From positions 1-40,213 of the forward strand of contig CAWDLW010000001.1 of assembly GCA_963803145.1 (NCBI GenBank): DNA of 40,213 bases, given 5' to 3'. The first letter of the stretch is position 1; each line of letters starts with the position of its first letter. Below, one piece after another: positions 28,652 through 37,564 of the stretch. A program made the position numbers and the translations under genes. Under the pieces are notes generated by a model that was not told the DNA's origin, did no database searches, and saw only the letters and a list, made by a program, of their open reading frames with translations. This stretch comes from Methanotrichaceae archaeon. Its GTDB lineage: Archaea > Halobacteriota > Methanosarcinia > Methanotrichales > Methanotrichaceae.

Positions 28652-29280
28652 ACCTGAGAGGCTTTCCAGAAGAGAAGAAGAAACGCCTTGAAGAGCTTCG
28701 ACGTAAATTAGAGCTGGCAAGAGGAATCTCAGCAGAGAGTCTGGCTGCGCAGATCAGGCAGATCGGATTTAAGTGCAAACGCTGCGGAGAATGCTGTACG
28801 GGTGAGGATAACAGCGTTGTTGTCTTTCCATTTGAGATCAGGCATATTCTGAAAGCCACCAAAGAGCCCTGGCAGGAGATTGTTGAGCCTCCAACTGAGG
28901 GCGAGTGGGACAGTAGCGGCAACTTCCATACATTAGAGTGGAGGCTGAAGAAGGAAAAAAGCTCTTGCAAGTTTTACTCCTGTGAAAGGTGCAGATGCTA
29001 TGAATCCAGGCCGCTGCTCTGTGGAACTTATCCCTTTTACTTAGATGACGGCATTTTGTGTTTCTCCGAATGCCGGGGGCTTGGCGGGAAGATCGGCATA
29101 AAAGAGTCCGAGGAAATTGCCGCCAAGCTGATAGAGAGAAATGTGACTGAAATCATCGAAGCCATAGCTCTGCTGGAGAAATACGAGGACTTTGAGCGCG
29201 GCAGGCCCTCAGTAAATGGGGCTTGCGTAGTTCATGACAGTGAGGGCGAGCATAGAATACCGCTGGACAATAATCATTAA
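28648..29280 (+). CDS. YkgJ family cysteine-cluster protein
   Basis: FKCKRCGECC, C.FY..C..YESRPLLC.TYPF and ECRGLG motifs; ATGA overlap with guaAA. Confidence 0.88.
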   Translation: MNLRGFPEEKKKRLEELRRKLELARGISAESLAAQIRQIGFKCKRCGECCTGEDNSVVVFPFEIRHILKATKEPWQEIVEPPTEGEWDSSGNFHTLEWRLKKEKSSCKFYSCERCRCYESRPLLCGTYPFYLDDGILCFSECRGLGGKIGIKESEEIAAKLIERNVTEIIEAIALLEKYEDFERGRPSVNGACVVHDSEGEHRIPLDNNH

Positions 29281-29639
29281 GCTTGTTCTTTCCACCATCC
29301 AACAATAAGCGGGCTTATAAAAGTCAGCGCGTAATACAGATACACGTCAAGCTTGTAATATCCATCTGCTGGGTTCAAGGCCTTGATGATAAATAAGTAA
29401 TCAAATATGATAGCAGTCGCGGTCCAAGCTATAGATAGAATAAAATAATACCTAATGGAGTCAGCTTTCACTTCTTTAAACAAAACCCATAATGTGATAA
29501 TTAGGCCAATTGGCATAACAGCCCAACCGATCATCGAGGTGGGTAGAATAAAGAAAAAGATGAAACCAAGAGAATAGCCGATTAACCAAAGAATAGTACC
29601 CCAGCCTATTGAATCTCTTAATAATTGCTTATCCATCAT
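29277..29639 (-). CDS. Small four-helix membrane protein of unknown function
   Basis: Four hydrophobic segments in a 120-aa open frame. Confidence 0.8.
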   Translation of the reverse strand: MMDKQLLRDSIGWGTILWLIGYSLGFIFFFILPTSMIGWAVMPIGLIITLWVLFKEVKADSIRYYFILSIAWTATAIIFDYLFIIKALNPADGYYKLDVYLYYALTFISPLIVGWWKEQA

Positions 29640-29776
29640 ATCCCTACCAATCGAACCATATATTACAGGTCTATCATGCTGGAAATTACTTAATCCGGCA
29701 TTTCGATGTTTGGAGGCTTTAGAATAGGCTTATCATTAAGGCGGAGATAGCATGGAATCGATATGCTCGACTATTT

Positions 29777-30475
29777 TTATTTCTTAGCTTTTGCCTCTGT
29801 GATTATCTCGCCTAAAAGCCTCTTGCCTTTCTCAGACCCAAAAAGTGGCAGCTCCCAGTCCTCACTAATCCTGCCATCCTTTCTGTAGACCAGAACTCCA
29901 CGCCGCTCCCACGCAGGAGTTTTTGCAAGATTTATTCCTCTGCGAAAGACTTGCTCATGGATCTCGCTCTCTTTCATACCTCGAAGCTCACTCATCGCCT
30001 GATCGCGGCTTTTGCCGTTCCCAACAAGCATATAAAAGCCGTATGATAAGACATGATTTCTCCAAGTCTCATCCTGGCGCTCTCTGAGATATCCCGCCAC
30101 TTCGCCCTCACATACAGGAATAACTCTGGAGTCCATAGACACAACACATCCCAAATCAAGAGATAGAACTCCAGATATGAAGCTAGCAATAATCGAATCT
30201 ATCTTCTCGATGCGGCCTGCAAAAGGTGAATCCAGGAACAGTATATTTACTTCATCTGAGAAGACAAACACCAGTGAGGGAGAGAGGCCTGAGCTATCGA
30301 AAAGTCTAACAGCCGAACTCACAATTGACTTTGCAAAATTCAGGTCGTATGGCTTCTTGCGGTCTTGAAGCAATTTCTTGAATCCACGACCATCAGCGCG
30401 CACAATCAAAGGCGGACGGGCTTTGATCTGGGAGTAGATCTCCCAGCTATCCGTCTTTCCTCTCAACCCTCGCAT
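29777..30475 (-). CDS. thg1: tRNA(His) guanylyltransferase Thg1-like protein
   Basis: VRADGRGF, FSDE, GRIEKIDS, MDSRVI, RQ.E.WRN and P.WERRG motifs. Confidence 0.92.
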   Translation of the reverse strand: MRGLRGKTDSWEIYSQIKARPPLIVRADGRGFKKLLQDRKKPYDLNFAKSIVSSAVRLFDSSGLSPSLVFVFSDEVNILFLDSPFAGRIEKIDSIIASFISGVLSLDLGCVVSMDSRVIPVCEGEVAGYLRERQDETWRNHVLSYGFYMLVGNGKSRDQAMSELRGMKESEIHEQVFRRGINLAKTPAWERRGVLVYRKDGRISEDWELPLFGSEKGKRLLGEIITEAKAKK

Positions 30476-30707
30476 TTTTTGTTAGATGCCTCATGATAAC
30501 AATATCGCCGACTGCAGTGATCCATCTATAAGGTATGACAATGCCCCTGCCTTTCTGGTCAAAAAGCTCCTTATTAACGCCGCCTAGAGCAAGGCCGCTG
30601 ATTATACCATTCTCTGTGTCAAGCACTGCATCATCCACCTTTCCTACGAAGATGCCCTTTTGGGTATATACCTCCAGGCCCAGGAGCGATGTGATATCTG
30701 CCTGCAT
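30447..30707 (-). CDS. PRC-barrel domain protein
   Basis: LLGLEVYT..G.FVGKVDD..LD and IPYRWITAVGDIVI motifs. Confidence 0.9.
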   Translation of the reverse strand: MQADITSLLGLEVYTQKGIFVGKVDDAVLDTENGIISGLALGGVNKELFDQKGRGIVIPYRWITAVGDIVIMRHLTKNARVERKDG

Positions 30708-30795
30708 TTCAGTCCCATAATAAATCGGGTTTTGGATATTAAGTTTGCGATGTTTGGAAAAGCGTTATATGCTTTTTCGTATTTGTAAGAAGGTG

Positions 30796-31389
30796 ATGGA
30801 CTTGATGGTACTTGGCATCTCGGGAAGTCCCAGGAAAGTGGGCAATACGGAGTTCCTGCTGGATGAGGCGTTAAAGACGTCTGCCGAGAGGGGATTTCAG
30901 ACGGAAAGACTTCTTTGTTCCGAGCTTGAGATCGATTACTGTAGGGATTGCGGCGGATGCAGCAAAGGCAAGCCTTGCCCAACAGAGGATGATATGGCCG
31001 CGGTTCTGGCGACACTGGAGAAGGCTGACGGGATTATCGTGGCCTCGCCGGTCTACTTCGGATCAGTCACTGCACAGCTCAAAGCCATATTTGACCGTAC
31101 TATTCCCCTAAGAAGGCAGGGCTTCAAGCTCAAAGATAAGATCGGCTGCGCTATAGCTGTGGGCGGTGCGAGGAACGGCGGCCAGGAGAAGACAATCGAG
31201 ACCATTCATGCCTGGATGCATATCCACGGGATAATTGTTGTAGGAGATAACAGCCATTTTGGAGGCATTGCTGTGCGACCTGCATCTGAGGATAGGATCG
31301 GAAGGAATACGGTTGTTGCAAGTGCGAACAAGCTATGCGATCTATTGGAGCGAACGAAAAGGCAGAGAAGTTGCTGGAGAGGAGATTAA
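30796..31389 (+). CDS. isf: Iron-sulfur flavoprotein (flavodoxin-like)
   Basis: GISGSPRK.GNT, compact CX2CX2CX5C motif (CRDCGGCSKGKPC), SPVYFG and RNGGQE; AGGTG ribosome-binding site. Confidence 0.88.
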   Translation: MDLMVLGISGSPRKVGNTEFLLDEALKTSAERGFQTERLLCSELEIDYCRDCGGCSKGKPCPTEDDMAAVLATLEKADGIIVASPVYFGSVTAQLKAIFDRTIPLRRQGFKLKDKIGCAIAVGGARNGGQEKTIETIHAWMHIHGIIVVGDNSHFGGIAVRPASEDRIGRNTVVASANKLCDLLERTKRQRSCWRGD

Positions 31390-31409
31390 ATGGGATTATA
31401 GCTTTTCAG

Positions 31410-31602
31410 TTATCTCTTCAGCGATCTTCTTCTGTTGCGGCTTAATTCTACAATTATTATTGCGTCTTTCAGGATCTTTTGCTCAACCGAGCCTAGGAAA
31501 TCCTTTAGCACCTTATTCAATTGTCGTGACGTGAACTCAGCTTATTACCTCAGCGCTGGATTTGGGCATATCGGCATCCAGAAGAAACTTCTGATCAGGC
31601 AT
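31410..31602 (-). pseudogene. DUF5615 (PIN-like) toxin remnant with an internal deletion
   Basis: N-terminus MPDQKFLLDADMPKSSAEVIS* overlaps the DUF433 stop. A C-terminal-like piece, FTSRQLNKVLKDFLGSVEQKILKDAIIIVELSRNRRRSLKR*, follows in another frame; the middle is missing. Confidence 0.75.
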
Positions 31603-31819
31603 AGGCACATATATCTTCTCCTGCTACGACCTTCGCCGCATATGCTAATGCAGCCAGAATATCCTCTTTCTCTATATCATATTCCTTGATTATTTCAGCA
31701 TTATCCATGCCTCCGGCAAGGGAGCCAAGAATAATATCAACTGGAACTCGCGTGCCCTTGATAATAGGCTTCCCATGCCTTATCTCAGGATTAATAATGA
31801 TTCTGCCCTCGTACATCAT
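31595..31819 (-). CDS. DUF433 family antitoxin
   Basis: IIINPEIRHGKPIIKGTRVPV..IL..LAGG...EI..EY.I..EDI.AAL.YA pattern. Confidence 0.93.
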   Translation of the reverse strand: MMYEGRIIINPEIRHGKPIIKGTRVPVDIILGSLAGGMDNAEIIKEYDIEKEDILAALAYAAKVVAGEDICAYA

Positions 31820-31931
31820 ACCTCACCAGCAAATGAACAATTGAGCTTTATGGGCATTAATCTTGTTGGCAGCAAATCTTATCTACCAATTTGCAGCTAC
31901 CGACTATACAAAATCCAATATCGGAGAAACG

Positions 31932-32735
31932 ATGTCGCTAGTATCGATTAATGCTTCAAATGTGCTGGAAAAAGTCAGAACTCAGAAGCCCGTGGTCCAC
32001 CACCTCACGAACTGGGTAACCATTTATGATTGTGCAAACATCGTTAAAGTATTTGGGGCATCGCCTGTGATGGCACATGCGAAAGAAGAGGTAGCCGACA
32101 TGGCAGGCATAGCCTCAGCCCTGGTACTTAACATCGGCACGCTGACTGCCGATTTTGTTGAGTCGATGTTGCTCGCCGCTAGAAGCGCCAATAGCAAGGG
32201 CATCCCAGTGGTCCTCGACGTCTGCGGAGCGGGAGCTACTAAAATGCGCGATGACGCCTGCTTTAGGATCCTGGATGAGGCGAGGGTGGACATAATAAAA
32301 GGGAATGCCTCAGAGATAGCACGGATTGCCGGAGAAGATGTTCATACCAAAGGAGTCGATTCCGCTGGAGTTGAGAAGAACCTTCGGGAAATGGCATCGA
32401 TACTAGCGAATAAGAGGAAATGCACCGTAGTCATCACCGGCGTTGAGGATATTATAGCCGATGAAAACAGGGTTGTGCTTGTCAAAAACGGTCATCCGAT
32501 GATGGCTAGCATCGTTGGCACAGGATGTATGGCCGCATCTGTGATAGGTACCTTTGCCGGTGTCGAAAAGGATCTAGTCTGCGCTTCGGTGGCGGGACTG
32601 GTCTGCTATGAGATTGCTGCAGAAATGGCTGCTGCGGAGGCGAATGGTCCAGGCAGCTTCAAGGAGAAGCTGTACGATGCAGTGTATAACCTTGATGCCG
32701 ATACCATTGATAGGATGCAGAAGGTCGGAGCTTGA
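31932..32735 (+). CDS. thiM: Hydroxyethylthiazole kinase
   Basis: P.VHHLTN.V, GASPVMAH, LNIGTL, IKGNASEI and GTGC motifs. Confidence 0.95.
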   Translation: MSLVSINASNVLEKVRTQKPVVHHLTNWVTIYDCANIVKVFGASPVMAHAKEEVADMAGIASALVLNIGTLTADFVESMLLAARSANSKGIPVVLDVCGAGATKMRDDACFRILDEARVDIIKGNASEIARIAGEDVHTKGVDSAGVEKNLREMASILANKRKCTVVITGVEDIIADENRVVLVKNGHPMMASIVGTGCMAASVIGTFAGVEKDLVCASVAGLVCYEIAAEMAAAEANGPGSFKEKLYDAVYNLDADTIDRMQKVGA

Positions 32736-33343
32736 AGGGATACTATTTCATAACAGACTCCAGCTTGAGCAGGGCGGGGAATATCAACGATGTGCAGCGA
32801 GCCGAGGCCTGCGGTGTCAGAGTTGTGCAGTACAGGAATAAAAATGCCGAAACAAAGGAAATGTACGAGGAGGCATTGAAGCTCCGGAAGATATGTAGAA
32901 ATGCCCTTTATCTAATCAACGATCGGATCGATGTTGCCCTTGCTGTAGATGCGGATGGTGTGCACCTTGGACAGTCGGATATGCCCTACACTGCAGCACG
33001 AAAGATTCTTGGGCCAGATAAGGTAATCGGGATCACTGTTCACAATCTCTCCGAGGCCCTCGAGGCGCAAAGAATGGGAGCCGATTATCTGGGTGTATCG
33101 CCTATCTTTTCGACGGCGACGAAACCCGATGCTGGAAAACCGGCAGGAATTGTCCTGATCGAGGAGATTCGAGTCAGGATTGACATTCCATTGATCGCCA
33201 TAGGCGGCATAAACCTTACAAACGCTCCCGAAGTCGTCAGGGCTGGAGCTGATGGACTGTGCGCCATATCTGCAGTTGTTGGCCAGGAAGATATCGGTCG
33301 GGAGATCAGTAAATTTCAGGACCTATTTAAATGGCAAGATTAA
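32732..33343 (+). CDS. thiE: Thiamine-phosphate synthase
   Basis: VQYRNK, INDRIDVALAVDADGVHLGQSD, T.TK.D and AIGGI motifs; TTGA overlap with thiM. Confidence 0.95.
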   Translation: MKGYYFITDSSLSRAGNINDVQRAEACGVRVVQYRNKNAETKEMYEEALKLRKICRNALYLINDRIDVALAVDADGVHLGQSDMPYTAARKILGPDKVIGITVHNLSEALEAQRMGADYLGVSPIFSTATKPDAGKPAGIVLIEEIRVRIDIPLIAIGGINLTNAPEVVRAGADGLCAISAVVGQEDIGREISKFQDLFKWQD

Positions 33344-33378
33344 TTCCTTTGGTAAGTGGTGATTAAAAAAGAATGAGT

Positions 33379-33417
33379 GGGCCGATATAAGCCAAAAGTC
33401 CCATATCTGGCCCTTTT
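33379..33417. terminator. Hairpin between the convergent thiE and curlin-like genes
   Basis: GGGCC-GATAT pairs with ATATC-T-GGCCC, followed by TTTT; an A-run lies on the other side. Confidence 0.45.
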
Positions 33418-33434
33418 ATATTATCCGTTTTAGC

Positions 33435-34131
33435 TCAAGTAGGCCCTATCCTGACCTCATTCGTGCCGTACTGAATCACATTGGCACCTGGGCCCGCCCT
33501 TGTCTTGAAGTTCGTGCTCTGATCATACTGGTTGTAGTTCTTATCGATAGACTGGCCGAAGTTGCTTCCTGTCTGAGTTACTGGCGAGCTGCTCCTGCCA
33601 GCGACAACTATGCCTGATGCCTGCTGGTTGACCTGATTGTAGGAGCCTGTTAGGTATGCCGTATTTCCCAGCGTCTGATTTGTTCTGTTCGCGTACGTCT
33701 GTGCATAGGCGAGCATTCCCTGGATCAGCACGCTATTATTTCCTGTAATTGAACCTGTATTCCAGCCGTTCTGGAATATATTCTGGCCATAGGCTCCCTG
33801 GGCAACTTGCTGATTGGCATAATTATTGTTGCCCAAAACCGCTAACGCGTTTGAGCCGCTCTGAGTGATCTGGCTGCCGCGGGCATGCTGACCCTGCACA
33901 ACATTGTATTGTTCCCAACAACACAGCATTCGCCGCTCGATCTGGCTGCGGCGTCTGGGAGACGCCCTGAGTGATGTGGTTATTGTTGCCCGATACTACA
34001 GCTGCGTTCGCAGCACTCTGGCTAACCTGGCCGCTGCCTGCCATATTGATGCTTTGCTTTACCACATTGCCTGCAGATGCTGAGGATATCAGCAAGAGCA
34101 GCAAAGCTACTATAACTGCTAAGCTTCTCAT
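33435..34131 (-). pseudogene. Secreted Q/N/G-rich ~29-aa repeat protein (curlin-like beta-solenoid), frameshifted in repeat 2
   Basis: Signal peptide MRSLAVIVALLLLLISSASA; repeats such as SQITQSGSNALAVLGNNNYANQQVAQGAYG. ORFs 33823-34146 and 33435-33929 join across a damaged patch near 33885-33955. Confidence 0.7.
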
Positions 34132-34191
34132 TTTTCTTTTCCCCACTTTCTACCATTTTATTGTTGAATCAGCCTTGGGTCCCGAAATTGA

Positions 34192-34283
34192 ATCCGAGGC
34201 AGGCGAGAAGGCCGGAGGGATTGGCCCTCCCGCCCTTCGGATCTTCTGGACATGGCGATATACCCGACTCCCCTATCGCCATG
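34192..34283 (-). ncRNA. Two-hairpin element, copy A (5' leader of the curlin-like gene)
   Basis: Stem CATGGCGATA/TATCGCCATG with loop GGGGAGTCGGGTA, then a GGAGGG/CCCTCC hairpin; similar to copies at 35760-35834 and 37565-37640. Confidence 0.55.
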
Positions 34284-34300
34284 CCCATCCAGTCCACTCG

Positions 34301-34324
34301 CAAATAAAGCTCTATTTTTCATGT
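34301..34324 (-). promoter_or_regulatory. Shared promoter box, copy A
   Basis: Minus strand reads ACATGAAAAATA-GAGC-TTTATTTG. Confidence 0.6.
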
Positions 34325-34624
34325 AGGGGTTATATCGGGCTGAGCTAACTCGGATGAGCATTTTTGGCAACCGAATGGTGGAAAACAAAAACATTCATCG
34401 AACCAAAATGAAATATCCTAAATGCCTCGCGAGGTATAAAATAGCGTCAGCAGTGATATTATAGAATGACGATAATATTATGATACGGGCATTTCATTGA
34501 TTTTAGGCGAAAAGACTGGTGGCCGCAGCCCCACACCTTATAAAGGGTGACCGCCAAAGATAGCATTCCCATTAAGGTCTAGTGGACTGTGGATCTGGCA
34601 ATCCAGATTATGGCAGGATGATAA

Positions 34625-35728
34625 ATGGCAACAATCGAGGAGCAGATTAAGGCGCTGGAAGAGGAGATCCTCAATACTCAGAAGAACAAGGCTACAGAGC
34701 ATCATTTAGGCAAAATCAAGGCCAAGATCGCGAAGCTGAAAGCGCAGCTTGAGCTTCAGAAAATCAAGGGCGGTGGAGGCGGCCGCAGATTCTATATCAA
34801 GAAATCGGGCGACGCAACCGTGGCTCTGGTCGGCTTTCCATCCGTGGGTAAATCGAGCCTCCTGAATCTGATGACTGGAACCGATTCCGCGGTTGCAGCC
34901 TATAATTTCACCACTCTTGAGGTTATCCCAGGCTTAATGGAGTATAAAGGTGCAAAGATTCAGATCCTGGATATGCCGGGTTTGATTCGAGGCGCCGCAA
35001 AAGGCAAAGGTAGGGGCCGCGAGGTCATCACAGCCGCCCGTGCTGCAGATGTAATTCTACTATTGGGAGATGTCTTCAACTACAGGCTCGATATTCTGGA
35101 AAAAGAGCTTTACGACGCCGGCATTAGACTGGATAAGCAGCCACCGAATATACACATCACAGAGGATACCAGAGGCGGCTTAATTGTTCGCAGCACTGTC
35201 CAGCTGACTAAGATGACAGAGAAAGAGATCGCCGAGATCATCCAGGCATATGGTATTATGAATGCCAATGTCACAGTTCGAGAGAATATCGATACAGATA
35301 GCCTCGTTGATTTTCTTGCCGGGAACAGAGTTTACATACCGAGTGTTGTAGCCATCAACAAGTATGACCTGAATTATCCTGGCGCTGATGAAAAGATAAG
35401 AGGAAACATCGGCAGGGATTATCTGCCTGTTTCGGCAGCCACTGGTCTCGGGATTGAGGAGTTGAAGGCGGAGCTCTATAATACACTCGGATTCATCCGC
35501 GTCTACCTCAAGCCCAAAGGGGAAAAGGCGGATATGAATGAGCCGCTGGTATTATTGGAGGGCTGTACAGTCAAGTCAGTCTGTGAGCATTTACACCGAG
35601 ATTTCGTGGACCTCTTCAGATACGCCCTTGTCTGGGGAGAAAGCGCGAAGTTTCCGGGTCAGTCAGTAGGGCTGGAACATACACTTTTGGATTGCGACGT
35701 TATCTCCATCATAACCAGAAGAAGGTAG
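34625..35728 (+). CDS. DRG/Rbg family (OBG superfamily) GTPase with TGS domain
   Basis: NKATEHH, GFPSVGKS, YNFTT, DMPG and NKYD motifs; C-terminal WG.SAKFPGQ.VGL.H.L.D.D. Confidence 0.95.
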   Translation: MATIEEQIKALEEEILNTQKNKATEHHLGKIKAKIAKLKAQLELQKIKGGGGGRRFYIKKSGDATVALVGFPSVGKSSLLNLMTGTDSAVAAYNFTTLEVIPGLMEYKGAKIQILDMPGLIRGAAKGKGRGREVITAARAADVILLLGDVFNYRLDILEKELYDAGIRLDKQPPNIHITEDTRGGLIVRSTVQLTKMTEKEIAEIIQAYGIMNANVTVRENIDTDSLVDFLAGNRVYIPSVVAINKYDLNYPGADEKIRGNIGRDYLPVSAATGLGIEELKAELYNTLGFIRVYLKPKGEKADMNEPLVLLEGCTVKSVCEHLHRDFVDLFRYALVWGESAKFPGQSVGLEHTLLDCDVISIITRRR

Positions 35729-35759
35729 TTTTAACAAAGCAAACACAAGGTAAATCATG

Positions 35760-35834
35760 AAAAATCATGAAATGGGAGGGAGGAGAATCCTCCCACTTGA
35801 AAATGGCGCGATCCCCACTCTCCTACTCGCCAAT
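35760..35834 (-). ncRNA. Two-hairpin element, copy B (putative stand-alone sRNA)
   Basis: TGGCG-AGTAGGAGAGTGGGGATCG-CGCCA, then TGGGAGG-ATTCTCCTC-CCTCCCA, then a T-rich tail; convergent with the GTPase gene. Confidence 0.55.
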
Positions 35835-35852
35835 ATGATATGGCGCCGTTGA

Positions 35853-35876
35853 AGGTTAAAGCCTTATTTTTCATAT
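35853..35876 (-). promoter_or_regulatory. Shared promoter box, copy B
   Basis: Minus strand reads ATATGAAAAATA-AGGC-TTTAACCT. Confidence 0.6.
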
Positions 35877-36055
35877 AAATGTGATGTAGATAAGATCTAG
35901 ATTATGACGCAACACTATCTATCTCAGTCTGTCTAAGAGGGTTTTCTATCAGTTTGCTGTCAACCCAAATATATAAAATTTTAAATTTATTATTTACGAA
36001 CCTATCATCAGTATCATAAGTAGGGTATTTGTATTAGTAGTGCAATCGTCGCTAC

Positions 36056-37540
36056 ATGCGCGGTCCGTCAATGCTGTACCTGATATCTCTGCTTCTTTCA
36101 CTTATTGTCGTGGGCTCGTGCATGACTGATCTGGATTATAGATTAAGTAAAACAAAGGACTCAGATTCGGCGATAACCAGCGAGGAAAGTTTTCACGGCG
36201 ACGTCTCCGCAAGACTCTCTGTGAAGAATGCTGGAAATTATGCGAGAATTATGATCTATATGGATGAGCCCATACCGATAGAGGAGCTAGATAGTCTGAG
36301 CATGCAGGTAGATCCCATTTCAGGTGACGGAGATGCCCAAATAGAGATCTTCCTGGACGGAGACGGCGATGATAGCTATAACAGCGGCGACTCGAATGAT
36401 GTTAGGCTGCGCACGATCAAAAAGTCCTGGTCGGAGACAGGTATTCAGCCGGGAGAGTGGAGCGAACTTGATGGAACTGATCTGAGTTACGAGAAGTATG
36501 GAGACGATAGCTTCGGCACCAAAAGTTTTGAGGATTGCCGAAAGGCGCTGAGCGGTAAAACTGCTGTAAGAATGTACATCACCGTCTACAAGGATTCCGC
36601 AGTTAACACAACGACTGCATATATCGATTACCTAAAGATCGGGGATCAAATTATAAGCTTCGAGCCCCTGGAAAGAGAGTTGGCCAAATCAGCGCCAAAA
36701 TCAGCCAGTCCAGGCAGCGAGATGACATATACCATAACCTATGGAAATAATTTTCTTGAACCTCTTAATCTTCAGATAAGAGAAAACTATGATCCAAGAA
36801 CCCTCTTTGTAAGCGCCGATCCTGTGCCTGATGAAGGCACGAATAACATCTGGACGATACGCGATCTGCCGCCGGGGGAGCACGGCCAGATTAGGGTATT
36901 GGTGAGGACGGGGAAAATAAGCTGTAAGGCAGATATCAAGGGCACAGTTTCAGGCATAGGTTACGCCTCATCAAACGGCCGTCTTTCGACCGACCTAATT
37001 GGATTTACAGTAACAAATAGCGTTGATATCGTATCCAGCAAATTCAACATCACGGCCTCTGCCTCAACTTTAATCAGGTCGATTGAAGGATCAACCATCG
37101 CATTTAGAGAGCACGGCTCAGGATATTATAGCTCTGAAGAGCAACTGAGCTATTCGGCTACTAGGGTCTACGCTTTTCGCGACATAAATGCCAGCAGATC
37201 TTATTATGAGACTAATACCTCTCCATCTCTGTTGAGTGGGTTATTCAATAGAAGCTGGTATGCTAGTGTCCTCTGTGAAGACAAGGCAAAGGATATGATG
37301 ATGAGCGAGGCTTACGCCGAAGGGATGTATCTCGATCTAGACTCACAAGCCTATCTAAGCAAGAAAAGTTCCTATTTTGATGCCACCTCAAGCTTTTCAG
37401 GCTTTTCAAAGCACACTTTGCGCTTGGAGAATAACGTTTATGTCGAACGTTTCGTGGGAAATTTCACAACAACCAACAATGCAAGAGCAAAGTCAGATAC
37501 AACAAGCGAAAGCAGTGACGATGATGAGTGGCTGAAGTGA
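36056..37540 (+). CDS. Secreted protein with a central DUF11-like domain
   Basis: Signal peptide; KSA..SASPG.E.TYTITYGN...YDP...FVSADP.PD....W....L.PGE.G.I.V.V pattern. Confidence 0.8.
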   Translation: MRGPSMLYLISLLLSLIVVGSCMTDLDYRLSKTKDSDSAITSEESFHGDVSARLSVKNAGNYARIMIYMDEPIPIEELDSLSMQVDPISGDGDAQIEIFLDGDGDDSYNSGDSNDVRLRTIKKSWSETGIQPGEWSELDGTDLSYEKYGDDSFGTKSFEDCRKALSGKTAVRMYITVYKDSAVNTTTAYIDYLKIGDQIISFEPLERELAKSAPKSASPGSEMTYTITYGNNFLEPLNLQIRENYDPRTLFVSADPVPDEGTNNIWTIRDLPPGEHGQIRVLVRTGKISCKADIKGTVSGIGYASSNGRLSTDLIGFTVTNSVDIVSSKFNITASASTLIRSIEGSTIAFREHGSGYYSSEEQLSYSATRVYAFRDINASRSYYETNTSPSLLSGLFNRSWYASVLCEDKAKDMMMSEAYAEGMYLDLDSQAYLSKKSSYFDATSSFSGFSKHTLRLENNVYVERFVGNFTTTNNARAKSDTTSESSDDDEWLK

Positions 37541-37564
37541 TGCCCTGAAAGTCCGGAATGGAAA

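Noticed and set aside
31820-31931. TPP riboswitch upstream of thiM
   Set aside because: No GCTGAGA or ACCTG...AGCGTAGG core is present.
34251-34283. Fluoride riboswitch, suggested by the GGCGAT...TCGCC stem
   Set aside because: The loop is too long, the 3' GCTRATG-RC pseudoknot segment is missing, and no fluoride-related gene lies downstream.
27064-34391. GAATGG(T)GGAAAACAAAAA at 27064-27081 (-) and 34373-34391 (+), with a similar tract at 34129-34146 (-)
   Set aside because: Low-complexity purine tract with inconsistent orientation and position; cannot be separated from chance.
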